Of a DNA stretch of 64,000 nt, positions 10,241 through 19,183 are shown in pieces. The translations under genes were made by a program, and so were the position numbers. The notes beneath the pieces were generated by a model. It ran no database searches, was not told where the DNA came from, and saw nothing but the letters and a program-made list of their open reading frames with translations. Positions within the stretch are counted from its first letter, which is position 1; the number at the start of each line of letters is the position of its first letter. Source of the stretch: Candidatus Binatia bacterium (GTDB taxonomy: Bacteria; Desulfobacterota; Binatia; Bin18); NCBI GenBank assembly GCA_963666315.2, contig CAXXHG010000018.1:1-64000 (forward strand), in the 5' to 3' direction.

Positions 10241-10852
10241 ATGCCTCACCTCGTACTCCTTCGTCACGGTCAATCACAATGGAACCTGGAGAACCGCTTT
10301 ACCGGTTGGGTCGACGTTCCCTTAACACACAAGGGGGAAGAGGAGGCACGCCAAGCCGGAGAAAAGATGAAAGCCGCACAGCTGCAGTTTGATACCACGT
10401 TCACCTCGGTCCTGCAGCGCGCTATACGGACGCTGGAGCTGGCCTTAGACGTACTGGGGCAATCGGATCTTCCGGTCAAACAAGACCAGGCGCTCAACGA
10501 GCGACACTACGGAGATCTGCAAGGCTTGAATAAAGCCGAGACTGCCAAGAAGTTTGGTGACGAACAGGTGCGGCTCTGGCGGCGTAGTTATGATGTGCCT
10601 CCCCCAGGCGGCGAGAGCCTGGAGAATACGGCGGCCCGCACCCTGCCCTACCTTAAAGACAAAATTCTGCCTACCATACAGGCGGGACAGAACGTCCTAG
10701 TTGCTGCGCATGGCAATAGCCTGCGCTCAATTATTATGCACCTTGACCAGTTAAGCCGAGCAGAAGTACTCAGTCTCGAACTCGGCACCGGAGTGCCGGT
10801 TGTGTACGACCTCGACACAGCGGGAAACGTGCAGTCAAAAGAAATCTTGTAG
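10241..10852 (+). CDS. gpmA: 2,3-bisphosphoglycerate-dependent phosphoglycerate mutase
   Basis: LLRHGQSQWNLENRFTGW, LNERHYGDLQG, AAHGNSLR. Confidence 0.96.
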   Translation: MPHLVLLRHGQSQWNLENRFTGWVDVPLTHKGEEEARQAGEKMKAAQLQFDTTFTSVLQRAIRTLELALDVLGQSDLPVKQDQALNERHYGDLQGLNKAETAKKFGDEQVRLWRRSYDVPPPGGESLENTAARTLPYLKDKILPTIQAGQNVLVAAHGNSLRSIIMHLDQLSRAEVLSLELGTGVPVVYDLDTAGNVQSKEIL

Positions 10853-10867
10853 ACGCACGCAGGAGAG

Positions 10868-11347
10868 CTATTGGGGTGCCAGGGAACGATATTTACCCTG
10901 AAAAAAGAGCAACGGATCACCCTCCAGGATCACCAACCTCTGAACCTCGCCAACATAGATGGTGTGATCGCCGCCCTCGTAGGCATGGGCGACCGTACAT
11001 TCGAAGTGCGCCAAGGCTCCATCCAGTAGGGCGACGCCCAGTTCGCCGACGCTGTAGGATAGGCCTTCAAACTTCTCAATGCCCTTGGTCGCGAAACGGG
11101 TGGAGAGTTCCTCTTGGTCCAAGCTCAAGAAGTTCACCCCAAACACCTCAGACTCATCAAAACAGGCGTAACAATCTAGCCCTTTATCAACACAGATTAA
11201 GAGCATCGGCGGATCGAGAGACAGCGAGCTAAAAGCGTTTGCGGTCAGGCCGAACGGCTTCCCAGAGGCGTCCTTAGTAGTAATGATGCTTACCCCTGTC
11301 GCAAACAGCCCCATCGCATTCCGTAATTCGCGTCCATCAATAGCCAT
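10868..11347 (-). CDS. Flavin reductase family protein
   Basis: LRNAMGLFATGV..SLSLDPP..GGDHTIYVGEV..PLLFFQGKY; start set at MAID (11347). Confidence 0.92.
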   Translation of the reverse strand: MAIDGRELRNAMGLFATGVSIITTKDASGKPFGLTANAFSSLSLDPPMLLICVDKGLDCYACFDESEVFGVNFLSLDQEELSTRFATKGIEKFEGLSYSVGELGVALLDGALAHFECTVAHAYEGGDHTIYVGEVQRLVILEGDPLLFFQGKYRSLAPQ

Positions 11348-11490
11348 ACTGCCTCCCCGTGAAAAAGTTCCCTGACTGCTACCAGAGCCGCTCATAGGCT
11401 GTCAATTGCTCTTGTACGGTATGCCGCGCACTCCTAAGCACGATCCATGATTGTATACAAATCTCATGAGACCTATTCTAGTACTTTGTG

Positions 11491-11530
11491 TCCCTCCCAC
11501 GGAGGGGTGGCGCATAGCCCCGGGGTGGGT
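11491..11530. repeat. REP-like palindrome, family CCCCTCCnnGGAGGGGTGGCGC..CCGGGGTGGG
   Basis: Reverse complement of the copies near 35485-35526, 36156-36200 and 36684-36721. Confidence 0.7.
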
Positions 11531-11583
11531 TTCGGTTTCGTGAGACTGCGGCCCCCCACCCGACCGTAAACGGCCAAACAGTG

Positions 11584-11753
11584 CTCAGACCGTAGGTCAG
11601 GTGAGAGTAGCGTAACCTGACACCCCGCTCCATCTCTCTTTTGGGGCGCAGGGTTGATGTTCCGCTTTCATGCTTGACTCTTTCAGCAGGGCGGTTTACT
11701 CCTCATGAATATGAAAACGATCTCTATTGCTGTGGACGAGCACTTGCTCGAAC
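11584..11753 (+). repeat. About 170 bp direct repeat, copy 1 (GTAG-type REP + promoter + antitoxin 5' end)
   Basis: Aligns with 12276-12440 from CTCAGACCGT to CACTTGCTCGAAC. Confidence 0.9.
11674..11702 (+). promoter_or_regulatory. sigma70-type promoter of the TA operon
   Basis: TTGACT-17 bp-TACTCC directly before the antitoxin ATG; in copy 2 the spacer is shortened to 13 bp. Confidence 0.5.
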
Positions 11754-11944
11754 AGGTCGATACCCTTGCCCAGGCCAGACACCAAAAGCGCGCGGAATTG
11801 TTCAGTGAAGCCGCCCGCCAGTGGCTCAAACAGCAGCGGATCAAAGCACTGATGAAACAGGACCGCCAGGGCTATCGCAAACAGCCTATCCAACCGGATG
11901 AGTTTGAGCCCTTCCTGCATGCTCAACAGTGGGAGAAAATGTGA
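11705..11944 (+). CDS. CopG/RHH-family antitoxin (MazE/NdoAI-like)
   Basis: KTISIAVDEHLLEQVD..RAELFSEA ribbon-helix-helix; GYRKQP tail; overlaps the toxin start. Confidence 0.85.
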   Translation: MNMKTISIAVDEHLLEQVDTLAQARHQKRAELFSEAARQWLKQQRIKALMKQDRQGYRKQPIQPDEFEPFLHAQQWEKM

Positions 11945-12257
11945 AGCGGGGTGAGATTTGGAATTTCCGTTTTGATAGCCCTGACAAACAACGCCCTGTT
12001 CTTATCCTGACTGCCAAGAGATTATTCCTGTACTGCATACGGTCACGGTTGCGCCCCTCACCAGTAGGATTCGGGGCGTACCGAATGAAGTCGTCATCGG
12101 TCCTGAATCTGGCCTGAAGAATCAATCAGCCATCAATCTCCATCATCTGGTCACCGTTCCAAAATCGCAACTTAGACGTTTTGTCGGGACGGTTTCTACT
12201 GAAACACTCCAACGCGTCAAGGAGGCCATGCTCTTCGCGCTGGGCTTTGACGATTAG
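11941..12257 (+). pseudogene. MazF/PemK toxin, frameshifted
   Basis: VKRGEIW..DKQRPVLILT, then a frameshift near 12012 to QEIIPVLHTVTVAPLTSRIRGVPNEV..AINL..LGFDD*. Confidence 0.88.
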
Positions 12258-12275
12258 CCGGTAGTAGCGTGTCCA

Positions 12276-12440
12276 CTCAGACCGTGGGTCAGGTGAGCGT
12301 AGCGTAACCTGACATCTCGCTCCATCTCTCATTGGTGCGCAGGGTTGATGTTCCGCTTTCACGTTTGACTGCCAAGGACCGTCTACTCCGCATGAATATG
12401 AAAACGATCTCGATTACTGTGGATGAGCACTTGCTCGAAC
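12276..12440 (+). repeat. About 165 bp direct repeat, copy 2 (truncated antitoxin start)
   Basis: Encodes MNMKTISITVDEHLLE and then diverges from copy 1. Confidence 0.9.
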
Positions 12441-12518
12441 TTCATCTTCGGCCAGACGTCCGCCAAGAAGCTCCGCCATCGCCGCAGACGACCGGGAGAT
12501 ACCTAGCATCTCGACGAA

Positions 12519-12886
12519 CTATTCATCTCCATTCTCTAGCTGTCGGGCTCGAAGAAAAACCGCTGAGTCAATGGCTAGAGAAAGCGCATAGATTGCGCCA
12601 GGATAATCTTCTGCCTGAAGCGTGCCCAGTTGGCGGATAAGAAGACCCTCCGTAATCGTCACCACCACAGGTTTCAACCACGTCGGTTTGACCAAACCTG
12701 CGCCTTGCCACTCGGCAAGCTCAGGCTCTGGTTGTCTCTGACTCGTTAACGCCAGTAAAACTTGGTCAGCGGCACGGGCAGAGTAGGCCGCCGACACAAC
12801 ACTAAGGCGGGGCGTTTTTTGGAGGTCGTTTGGTCAGTAAAGGGAAATTGAACGAGAACGACATCACCCGGATTGTACGTTATCAT
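12519..12886 (-). pseudogene. Second MazF/PemK toxin, frameshifted
   Basis: MITYNPGDVVLVQFPFTDQTTSKKRPALV, shift near 12800 to VSAAY..ALTSQ..WQGAGLVKPT..LGTL. Confidence 0.85.
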
Positions 12887-12953
12887 ACTCGGCGTCCTCG
12901 TCGTTATCCCACACTTTGGCTAGGGTCTCTTCTTGAGCTTTTAGCCAAGGATT
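12864..12953 (-). pseudogene. C-terminal remnant of the cognate antitoxin
   Basis: NPWLKAQEETLAKVWDNDEDAEYD overlaps the toxin start; the WDNxED.YD tail is typical of PemK-associated antitoxins; the 5' part is missing. Confidence 0.65.
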
Positions 12954-13100
12954 CGACGGGTGCGCCGTACCATTCAGGGAGCGGCGGCCACGCGCGCGTG
13001 CTGGCGGCGACGCTCACGGGGAACGGCCTCTTGCCCCGGCCTCATTCCGTAGGAACGGCATGGCAAAGCCGCGCTGGTTTGTCTTGTCGGGTGTTTTGAG

Positions 13101-13129
13101 CGCCTCTCGTGAGTCCGAGAGGCGTTTTT
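13101..13129 (+). terminator. Intrinsic terminator hairpin with T-tract on the + strand
   Basis: CGCCTCTCG-tgagtc-CGAGAGGCG-TTTTT; homologous to 35759-35794. Confidence 0.7.
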
Positions 13130-13131
13130 CG

Positions 13132-13314
13132 TTACGGCTCTGACCGTTTCAAGAGTTCCATCAGTGCCGTGTGTTGATCATCGAGTTGGCGGTCTCGCTG
13201 CGTTGATGCTCTCCGCATCTGCTGGACAGCGTTGTAGGTGATCCAGAGCAGGCCCCCGGTTATGAGCAGCTGCCCGATCCCGACCCCAGCCTGTATCCAT
13301 TCACCCATGTTCAT
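13132..13314 (-). CDS. Small single-TM peptide with coiled-coil tail (60 aa), candidate type I toxin
   Basis: MNMGEWIQAGVGIGQLLITGGLLWITYNAVQQMRRASTQRDRQLDDQHTALMELLKRSEP; own promoter TTGAAA-17-GACACT (13333-13361). Confidence 0.7.
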   Translation of the reverse strand: MNMGEWIQAGVGIGQLLITGGLLWITYNAVQQMRRASTQRDRQLDDQHTALMELLKRSEP

Positions 13315-13497
13315 CAGTTCTTCTTTGATCTGAGTGTCTTGCATTCCGTCCCGTGTTTCAACCCGTCTTTTCTTCCTCGGTCGGCCGTCAGCCCGTCTCT
13401 GAGCCGGAGTGCAGTAGGATAAAAAAAGGGGACGCGGCGTCAAGGATTTTACGGCGCATGAAATCTTTGACGTGGTGCAGGGGAGGCAGCCCACACA

Positions 13498-14631
13498 CTA
13501 CGGTGCTGCAATTTGCTGGCCGAGATTCGGTGCAGTCAGTGACCGGGCGATGTCTTTGTCGCACATCGGGCTCCGGCCAAACACTTTTCGCCACACCGGG
13601 GCCGTCTCCATACACATATACACCGGCACGTGGGGAGCAAGTTCGTTCAACCAGGCGGTCAGGGTTCGGTACATCTTGACCCGCAAGGCTTGGAAGGTCC
13701 GCCATTTCCCGTCAGCGCATAATACCTCTTCGCCGCACAACAGCCGCGTACGGGGAAAGCGCTGGCGCATGATTTTCCGTAAGGTCGGAGTCAGCCGCAA
13801 ACTGCCTAGGCTGACCCAGGCCACGCGCCGTGGGTCAATAGTCGTAAAGACCCGCTCGAAGGTCTGCTGGTAGCCGGTCTCCCACTCGGGATACTCAATG
13901 AGCGGATCAAAATGAAAGCCGACTTTATACCCAGTCTGCTGAACGCGCTGGGCAGCCTGCAGCCGCTCGGTGAACGAGGCTGTGCCGTGCTCTTCGGCAT
14001 CGGCTATAACCGCCGGGGTGAGGGTCCAAGACACCACGACTCGCCCCTGAGGGTCGAGGCTGAGCAAATTATCGATGCAGTCACTTTTGGTCTTGAGTTC
14101 TAACAGCACATTGTTTCTAGAGGCAAAGAACGGCACTAAATCGCTGCAGAAACCGAGCAGATGATCAAGGGCTAAACTGTCCGACAGCTCACCAGTCCCG
14201 ATCCGGAACTGGCGCCACGGCTGGCGATCCACCACCTGAGCTATCTCAGCCAACAGGTCGTCAACATTGGTAAAGACTTTGAGGACCGGATTATTGGCCA
14301 GATATTCTTGCAAGAAACAATAGCTACAGTCCATTGGACAGTTTGAGATCAGACTGACTACGAGATAATTGCAGCATACCAGTCCAGGCGTACCAGCCGG
14401 GCAGTGTTCGAGGAAGCGCGAACGTTGACGGGTGAAGAACAGCCGACGTTTGCCTGCACCAAAGGCATCCTTATCCTCGGCCTGCCTCTCGGTCTGCGCC
14501 CCTACCCGTTCCCAATCCTTTTCGACAATGCGGACCGGAGTCTGAGGCAGCTTGGCCAGGGCGCGTTGTACGACCGGAGTCTTTTCCTCACCGCGTTCGA
14601 TCAAAATTTCAGTGGGTTGATATATAGTCAT
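13498..14631 (-). CDS. Spore photoproduct lyase (SplB)-family radical SAM protein
   Basis: NCPMDCSYCFLQ (CxxxCxxC), RIGTGELSDSL, LELKTKS, GFHFDP, YMCME. Confidence 0.88.
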   Translation of the reverse strand: MTIYQPTEILIERGEEKTPVVQRALAKLPQTPVRIVEKDWERVGAQTERQAEDKDAFGAGKRRLFFTRQRSRFLEHCPAGTPGLVCCNYLVVSLISNCPMDCSYCFLQEYLANNPVLKVFTNVDDLLAEIAQVVDRQPWRQFRIGTGELSDSLALDHLLGFCSDLVPFFASRNNVLLELKTKSDCIDNLLSLDPQGRVVVSWTLTPAVIADAEEHGTASFTERLQAAQRVQQTGYKVGFHFDPLIEYPEWETGYQQTFERVFTTIDPRRVAWVSLGSLRLTPTLRKIMRQRFPRTRLLCGEEVLCADGKWRTFQALRVKMYRTLTAWLNELAPHVPVYMCMETAPVWRKVFGRSPMCDKDIARSLTAPNLGQQIAAP

Positions 14632-14667
14632 AAATGCTACACCCCTCGGGTGTTACACCCCCTGGGG

Positions 14668-15210
14668 TTACACCTCATCCAGAACGTCAAACATATGCTG
14701 GAAGCCACCGTCGTCAACTCGTTGCTGGAGCCGCGAGAGCCGTTCCTGGAGTTCTGATGTATTCCTCGCGCGAAATGTCACGGTAATCTCGTCGCCTTCG
14801 AATGCAGGCGGGAATGATATCTGCACGCTCCGGCCCAAGTCGAGGGCTTGCACTGCAGCTCGTGCGGATGCTTCTAATTGTGTGAGGCGCGGGTAACGCA
14901 TTTTTCGTAATGCCGTCTTGACTGCTTTCAGCTTGTCATGGCGTGAACCCGGGCTGGCCAAAGCGCTGCGAATTTCAATCTGTCCGAGGACGGCCTGAAT
15001 AGCTGTTTCATCTCGCAGCGCTATCTCCTCCAGCCAGTCAAGAAAATCTTTGAGTTGGTTCTCACCAAGTTGTAGCTCCTCGGCGTAGGCCAACAACGCG
15101 GCCTGATCTTCCGCCTGCCAAGCCTGCCAGCGGTCACATATAGCCGGGCTCAGGTGTTTACGCTGGGCATAGGCAGCAAGTTGGTCACGGAGTTCATTCA
15201 GCCTGGACAT
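14668..15210 (-). CDS. Hypothetical protein (helical; resembles the C-terminal half of ParB-like proteins that precede SplB-like genes)
   Basis: ORF overlapping the upstream gene; LRKMRYPRL..FPPAFEGD motif; start set at MSRL. Confidence 0.65.
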   Translation of the reverse strand: MSRLNELRDQLAAYAQRKHLSPAICDRWQAWQAEDQAALLAYAEELQLGENQLKDFLDWLEEIALRDETAIQAVLGQIEIRSALASPGSRHDKLKAVKTALRKMRYPRLTQLEASARAAVQALDLGRSVQISFPPAFEGDEITVTFRARNTSELQERLSRLQQRVDDGGFQHMFDVLDEV

Positions 15211-16087
15211 ATGATTCCTGTGCAGCCTCAAGCGGATGCGTATCCTCAAAAGGATACAGTGCAGGCAGGCTGAGATACGGCTCTGCCGACTTCCCACGTT
15301 TTATTGCACCCTGCGCTAAGATACGACACTTCTTATGCAGCATGCGTGTTGTGGCGAGACGCTGCGGCTGAGACAGCATTCCCGAATCGAGCAGTTTCCG
15401 CAGCGCAATGACACGAAAGCGGTCCATGCCCCAAAATTGGTGCGACAGCTGATCCGCATGCCCGCCCCGTTTTATGACTAAAGGAAGGGCTATCAAATCG
15501 ACAGGAAGACGCGCGGCAATACGCAGCCACAGGTCATAATCTTCACATGCCGGCAGCTGTTCATCAAAGCCGCCCATGCGCTCAAATAGGGTCCGCTGCA
15601 TCATAACCGCCGAAGGGCTGACCAGACACAGCTCCAAACTGCGCAAAAAAATATCGCCACCGGACTTACGATGCTTATTCCGAGGGTTGACCCGTAGCCC
15701 ACGGCGAAGCCATACTTCTTGTGTCTGACATATTTGGGCTGCAGGCCTGGCATGAAAAAAAGCGATCTGAGCGGCGAGTTTTTCCGGCTGCCACACGTCG
15801 TCAGAGTCCAGAAAGGCGAGCAGCTGCCCGCTACTCCGAACGACGCCGTGGTTGCGTGCCGCCGACACGCCTTGATTGGTTCGAAAAATATACTGTATGG
15901 GATCCGCCCGTTCTTGCTTAAAATCTTCGACAACCCGCGCCGTGCCGTCCGTCGACCCGTCGTCAACAATAATCAGTTCAAAGTCTCGATACGTCTGGGC
16001 GTACACGGACGCTATGGCCTCGCGCACAAAGTCGCGCCGATTATAGGTCGGAATAATAACGGAAACTCTAGCCATCTGAGATTCCAA
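15194..16087 (-). CDS. Glycosyltransferase family 2
   Basis: VSVIIPTYNR, VDDGSTD, AFLDSDD, CEDYDLWLR. Confidence 0.95.
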   Translation of the reverse strand: MESQMARVSVIIPTYNRRDFVREAIASVYAQTYRDFELIIVDDGSTDGTARVVEDFKQERADPIQYIFRTNQGVSAARNHGVVRSSGQLLAFLDSDDVWQPEKLAAQIAFFHARPAAQICQTQEVWLRRGLRVNPRNKHRKSGGDIFLRSLELCLVSPSAVMMQRTLFERMGGFDEQLPACEDYDLWLRIAARLPVDLIALPLVIKRGGHADQLSHQFWGMDRFRVIALRKLLDSGMLSQPQRLATTRMLHKKCRILAQGAIKRGKSAEPYLSLPALYPFEDTHPLEAAQESYVQAE

Positions 16088-16682
16088 TACCGGCTTGAGC
16101 CCCAGGATGTCCGGCCGTCAATGCTCGCAACGCCTGCCACAGCTCGGCTTTTCCGTTGCCGTTTTGAGCAGAAAAAAGGAGCAGCGGCTCGTCACCGATC
16201 CGCGCCGCAAGTATCTTGCGCTGCTTTTCGCGCTGATTGCGTTTCAGCTTGTCGCATTTGGTCGCCACTAAGAGAAAGGGCCGGTTGTGATGCGCCAGGA
16301 ATTCACACAGCGCCTCTTCTTCCTCTTCCGGCCCGCGCCGGATATCAATAATAATGACGACGCCGCACAAATTGGGCGCATGAACCAGATAGTCTTCGAT
16401 AAGACGTTGCCAGCCCTTGCGTTCCGACTTCGCCACCTTGGCATAGCCGTAGCCGGGCAGATCGACAAACGTCAGGGCATTATTGATCGTAAAAAAGTTA
16501 AGCTGTCGGGTGCGGCCGGGCGTATTACTCGTCCGCGCGATCTTTTGGTTGAGCAGCCGATTAATCAGCGACGACTTCCCCACGTTCGAGCGTCCGGAAA
16601 AAGCGATCTCAGGATAGGGGAGTTGGGGATAGGTCCCCGGCTGCATGGCTGCACCAGCAAAGTCAACGGTTGAAATTTTCAC
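16068..16682 (-). CDS. engB: Ribosome biogenesis GTPase YihA/YsxC
   Basis: GRSNVGKSS, TPGRT, DLPGYG, TKCDK. Confidence 0.96.
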   Translation of the reverse strand: MKISTVDFAGAAMQPGTYPQLPYPEIAFSGRSNVGKSSLINRLLNQKIARTSNTPGRTRQLNFFTINNALTFVDLPGYGYAKVAKSERKGWQRLIEDYLVHAPNLCGVVIIIDIRRGPEEEEEALCEFLAHHNRPFLLVATKCDKLKRNQREKQRKILAARIGDEPLLLFSAQNGNGKAELWQALRALTAGHPGAQAGIGISDG

Positions 16683-16755
16683 GGTCCCTACTCGTATGCA
16701 AACGTATTTCGGGCTGTGCCGGCTTCCAGCCTATCCAGAAAACAGACTGCCAGCC

Positions 16756-16816
16756 AGGACCTTAGCAAGATATAAGGAAGACGTTGCCAAGATCTCTGGA
16801 AGACCTTTAGAAAGAC
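16756..16816. promoter_or_regulatory. Phased AAGA(C/T) direct-repeat array in a divergent promoter region
   Basis: AGGAC/AAGAT/AAGAC/AAGAT/AAGAC/AAGAC at 16756, 16767, 16778, 16789, 16800 and 16812. Confidence 0.45.
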
Positions 16817-16892
16817 CTGGGGAGGCTTTTACTGCCATCACACAGATACTCCACCTTGACTTCTTGCCTATTGGGTTGTCTTTTTAGCACAT

Positions 16893-17396
16893 ATGAATAA
16901 TGAATTACGGGGTATGCTCATCACCGCCGGATCAATCTTAGCTGCCGCAGTCGTATCCGGGCTACGGCTCAAGCCGTATATTGATGCAGGGATAACGTAT
17001 ACCCCCGCCTCGTTTGCGATCTATCCAGCACTGCTAGCATTTGCTATTGCCGCACCGCTGGTCTTTTTACTACGCAAAGTCCAAGGCGACAAAGATGTGG
17101 ATCTCGGCCCGCTGACCTTCTCAGACCAACCGGCTTCCGCCTCTCCCCCTCGGCCGGTCCGAGGTGGAATCATGTCGCTCATAACGAAACGGCAATTGCC
17201 CGCCCGTACGCCTCTCATAGCATTTTGGTGCGTCCTGTATATTGTCATTGCGGTCACATTCTTTCCCTACGAAGGTCCTGAAAAGCCGGACCTCGGCTCC
17301 GAGCCTGCACCCCAGGAGAAATCTGGGCCGCGATTGAATCAGCCGATTCACCTGCCATACGCTATAGATGCCCAGACGGAGACGACCGCACTGTGA
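16893..17396 (+). CDS. Hypothetical membrane protein (3 TM)
   Basis: Three hydrophobic segments; overlaps the ogt start. Confidence 0.75.
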   Translation: MNNELRGMLITAGSILAAAVVSGLRLKPYIDAGITYTPASFAIYPALLAFAIAAPLVFLLRKVQGDKDVDLGPLTFSDQPASASPPRPVRGGIMSLITKRQLPARTPLIAFWCVLYIVIAVTFFPYEGPEKPDLGSEPAPQEKSGPRLNQPIHLPYAIDAQTETTAL

Positions 17397-17929
17397 AGAC
17401 ACACCAGAAACAAGCTCTAGCCGACCGTGCGTCTTCTCCTGTTGGCATCGTTTCATTGAAAACCCGGTTCGGTCCGCTGAGTCTTGCCGCAACCGAGCGC
17501 GGGATCTGTCGCCTGGCCCTGCCGCCGACTCACGAACAGCAGCGCTTTCGCGCCTGGTGTGCCAGCCGGCCGATCAATCCGAAAATCGGCACGCCGCTTC
17601 TTGCCCAAGCCCGGCAAGAACTCACAGAATATTTTGCTGGGACTCGTCGTACCTGGACGCTGCCGCTGGATGTTGACGGCAGCACTTTTTTTCAGGAGGT
17701 CTGGGCCTTACTGCGTCGTATTCCATATGGACAGACTCATACGTATACGCAGCTTGCCGCAGACGCGGGCCGTCCACGTGCATTTCGGGCTGCGGGTGCA
17801 GCCTGCGCCCTGAATCCCGTGCCGCTCATCATTCCTTGCCATCGTGCAGTCGGCAGCAACGGCTCGCTGCGTGGCTTTGGTGGCGGGTTGGACATGAAAC
17901 GGGCCCTGCTTGATATGGAAACCGGATAA
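17393..17929 (+). CDS. ogt: Methylated-DNA--protein-cysteine methyltransferase
   Basis: IPYGQT.TY, RAAG.A, NPVPLIIPCHR active-site motif. Confidence 0.93.
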   Translation: MKTHQKQALADRASSPVGIVSLKTRFGPLSLAATERGICRLALPPTHEQQRFRAWCASRPINPKIGTPLLAQARQELTEYFAGTRRTWTLPLDVDGSTFFQEVWALLRRIPYGQTHTYTQLAADAGRPRAFRAAGAACALNPVPLIIPCHRAVGSNGSLRGFGGGLDMKRALLDMETG

Positions 17930-17952
17930 GAGCGTAAGAGAGGGAGCAGCCA

Positions 17953-18345
17953 TTGACCGATCTTCAGCCCCCATCCGATCCATTCCATGAACTATTGGGC
18001 CTGCACTTAGATGTTGTTGAGCCGGAGTTCTGCCGGATGCGCCTGCCCTTCAAACCCGAGCTACGCACAGTCGGAGACGTCGTCCATGGCGGTGCCATTT
18101 CCACCCTGATTGATACTGCGGGTGTCACCGCAGCCTGGTCGAATGCCGATTCGAGTGCGACACGTGGAGCGACCGCAGATCTGTCTATCAGCTATTTATC
18201 GGCCGCACACGCAGTCGATCTTACGGCAGAAGCGCGCGTCATCCGGCGTGGCCACAGCTTGGTCTTTGTTGAGGTTGACGTCACCTCTGCAGCTGGCGAG
18301 CGCATTGCCAAGGGCATGCTGACGTATAAGCTGGGATATAGTTAG
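17953..18345 (+). CDS. PaaI-family thioesterase
   Basis: VHGGAISTLIDT hotdog motif, TADLSISYL. Confidence 0.92.
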   Translation: MTDLQPPSDPFHELLGLHLDVVEPEFCRMRLPFKPELRTVGDVVHGGAISTLIDTAGVTAAWSNADSSATRGATADLSISYLSAAHAVDLTAEARVIRRGHSLVFVEVDVTSAAGERIAKGMLTYKLGYS

Positions 18346-18374
18346 GCTGAGAGAGGCATGCTCCTGCGGATACT

Positions 18375-19172
18375 GTGATGCCTGACAATGCGCCCATTAT
18401 CACGCTCCTGACCGACTTCGGCTCACAGGACGCTTTCGTTGGCATCATGAAAGGCGTCATGCTGAGCATTACTCCTGCGGTCCAGTATGTGGACCTGTCA
18501 CACGAAATTCCTGCCCAGAACGTTCTGGCCGGTGCTCTCATTTTGCGCAGCGCGGTGCGTTTTTTCCCGCCCACTACCATTCATATAGCCGTGGTTGATC
18601 CAGGCGTAGGCAGCGACCGCAAAAGCATCGTTGTTGAAACTGAACACGGCATTTTTGTCGGACCTGATAATGGCCTGCTCAGTCTGGCTGCTCCGGCTGC
18701 AAGCGTACAACGCATTACTCATGTGACGAATGCCGCGTATTTTCTCGACTGCCCCAGTCCGACCTTTCAGGGTCGGGATGTTTTCGCTCCGGTTGCTGCG
18801 CATCTCGCCCAGGGAGTCGAGCCAACACAGCTGGGTCCTCGGCTCTCCAGCCTTGAGCGCCTCAGCCTGCCTGTTCCGGTCCATACCCCAGAACGCATCA
18901 CCGGCAGCGTGCTGTACATCGATCACTTTGGGAACGCCATCACCAATATAACTCCAGCAGATCTCCGTCTCTTTTCAACCCAACAGCTTTGGGTTAGCAT
19001 CAACGCTCAACGAATCGGTCGACTTGCAACGACCTACGCCGCCGTTGCTGAAGGAGAAGCAGTCGCAGTGGTCAATAGTTGGCAGCAGGTAGAGATTGCG
19101 ATACGGAACGGCTCTGCCGCGCGTGCTTTCAAGATCGAACCGGGCTGCTGTGTGGAAATGACTATCGTCTAG
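18375..19172 (+). CDS. SAM hydrolase/SAM-dependent halogenase family (DUF62)
   Basis: ITLLTDFG, VVDPGVGS.R, GPDNG, TFQGRDVFAP, YIDHFGN. Confidence 0.93.
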   Translation: MMPDNAPIITLLTDFGSQDAFVGIMKGVMLSITPAVQYVDLSHEIPAQNVLAGALILRSAVRFFPPTTIHIAVVDPGVGSDRKSIVVETEHGIFVGPDNGLLSLAAPAASVQRITHVTNAAYFLDCPSPTFQGRDVFAPVAAHLAQGVEPTQLGPRLSSLERLSLPVPVHTPERITGSVLYIDHFGNAITNITPADLRLFSTQQLWVSINAQRIGRLATTYAAVAEGEAVAVVNSWQQVEIAIRNGSAARAFKIEPGCCVEMTIV

Positions 19173-19183
19173 CCGGAACTTTC

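Noticed and set aside
18375-19172. Fluorinase/chlorinase implying a halometabolite pathway
   Set aside because: The sequence and housekeeping context fit the widespread DUF62 SAM hydrolase; no biosynthetic cluster is nearby
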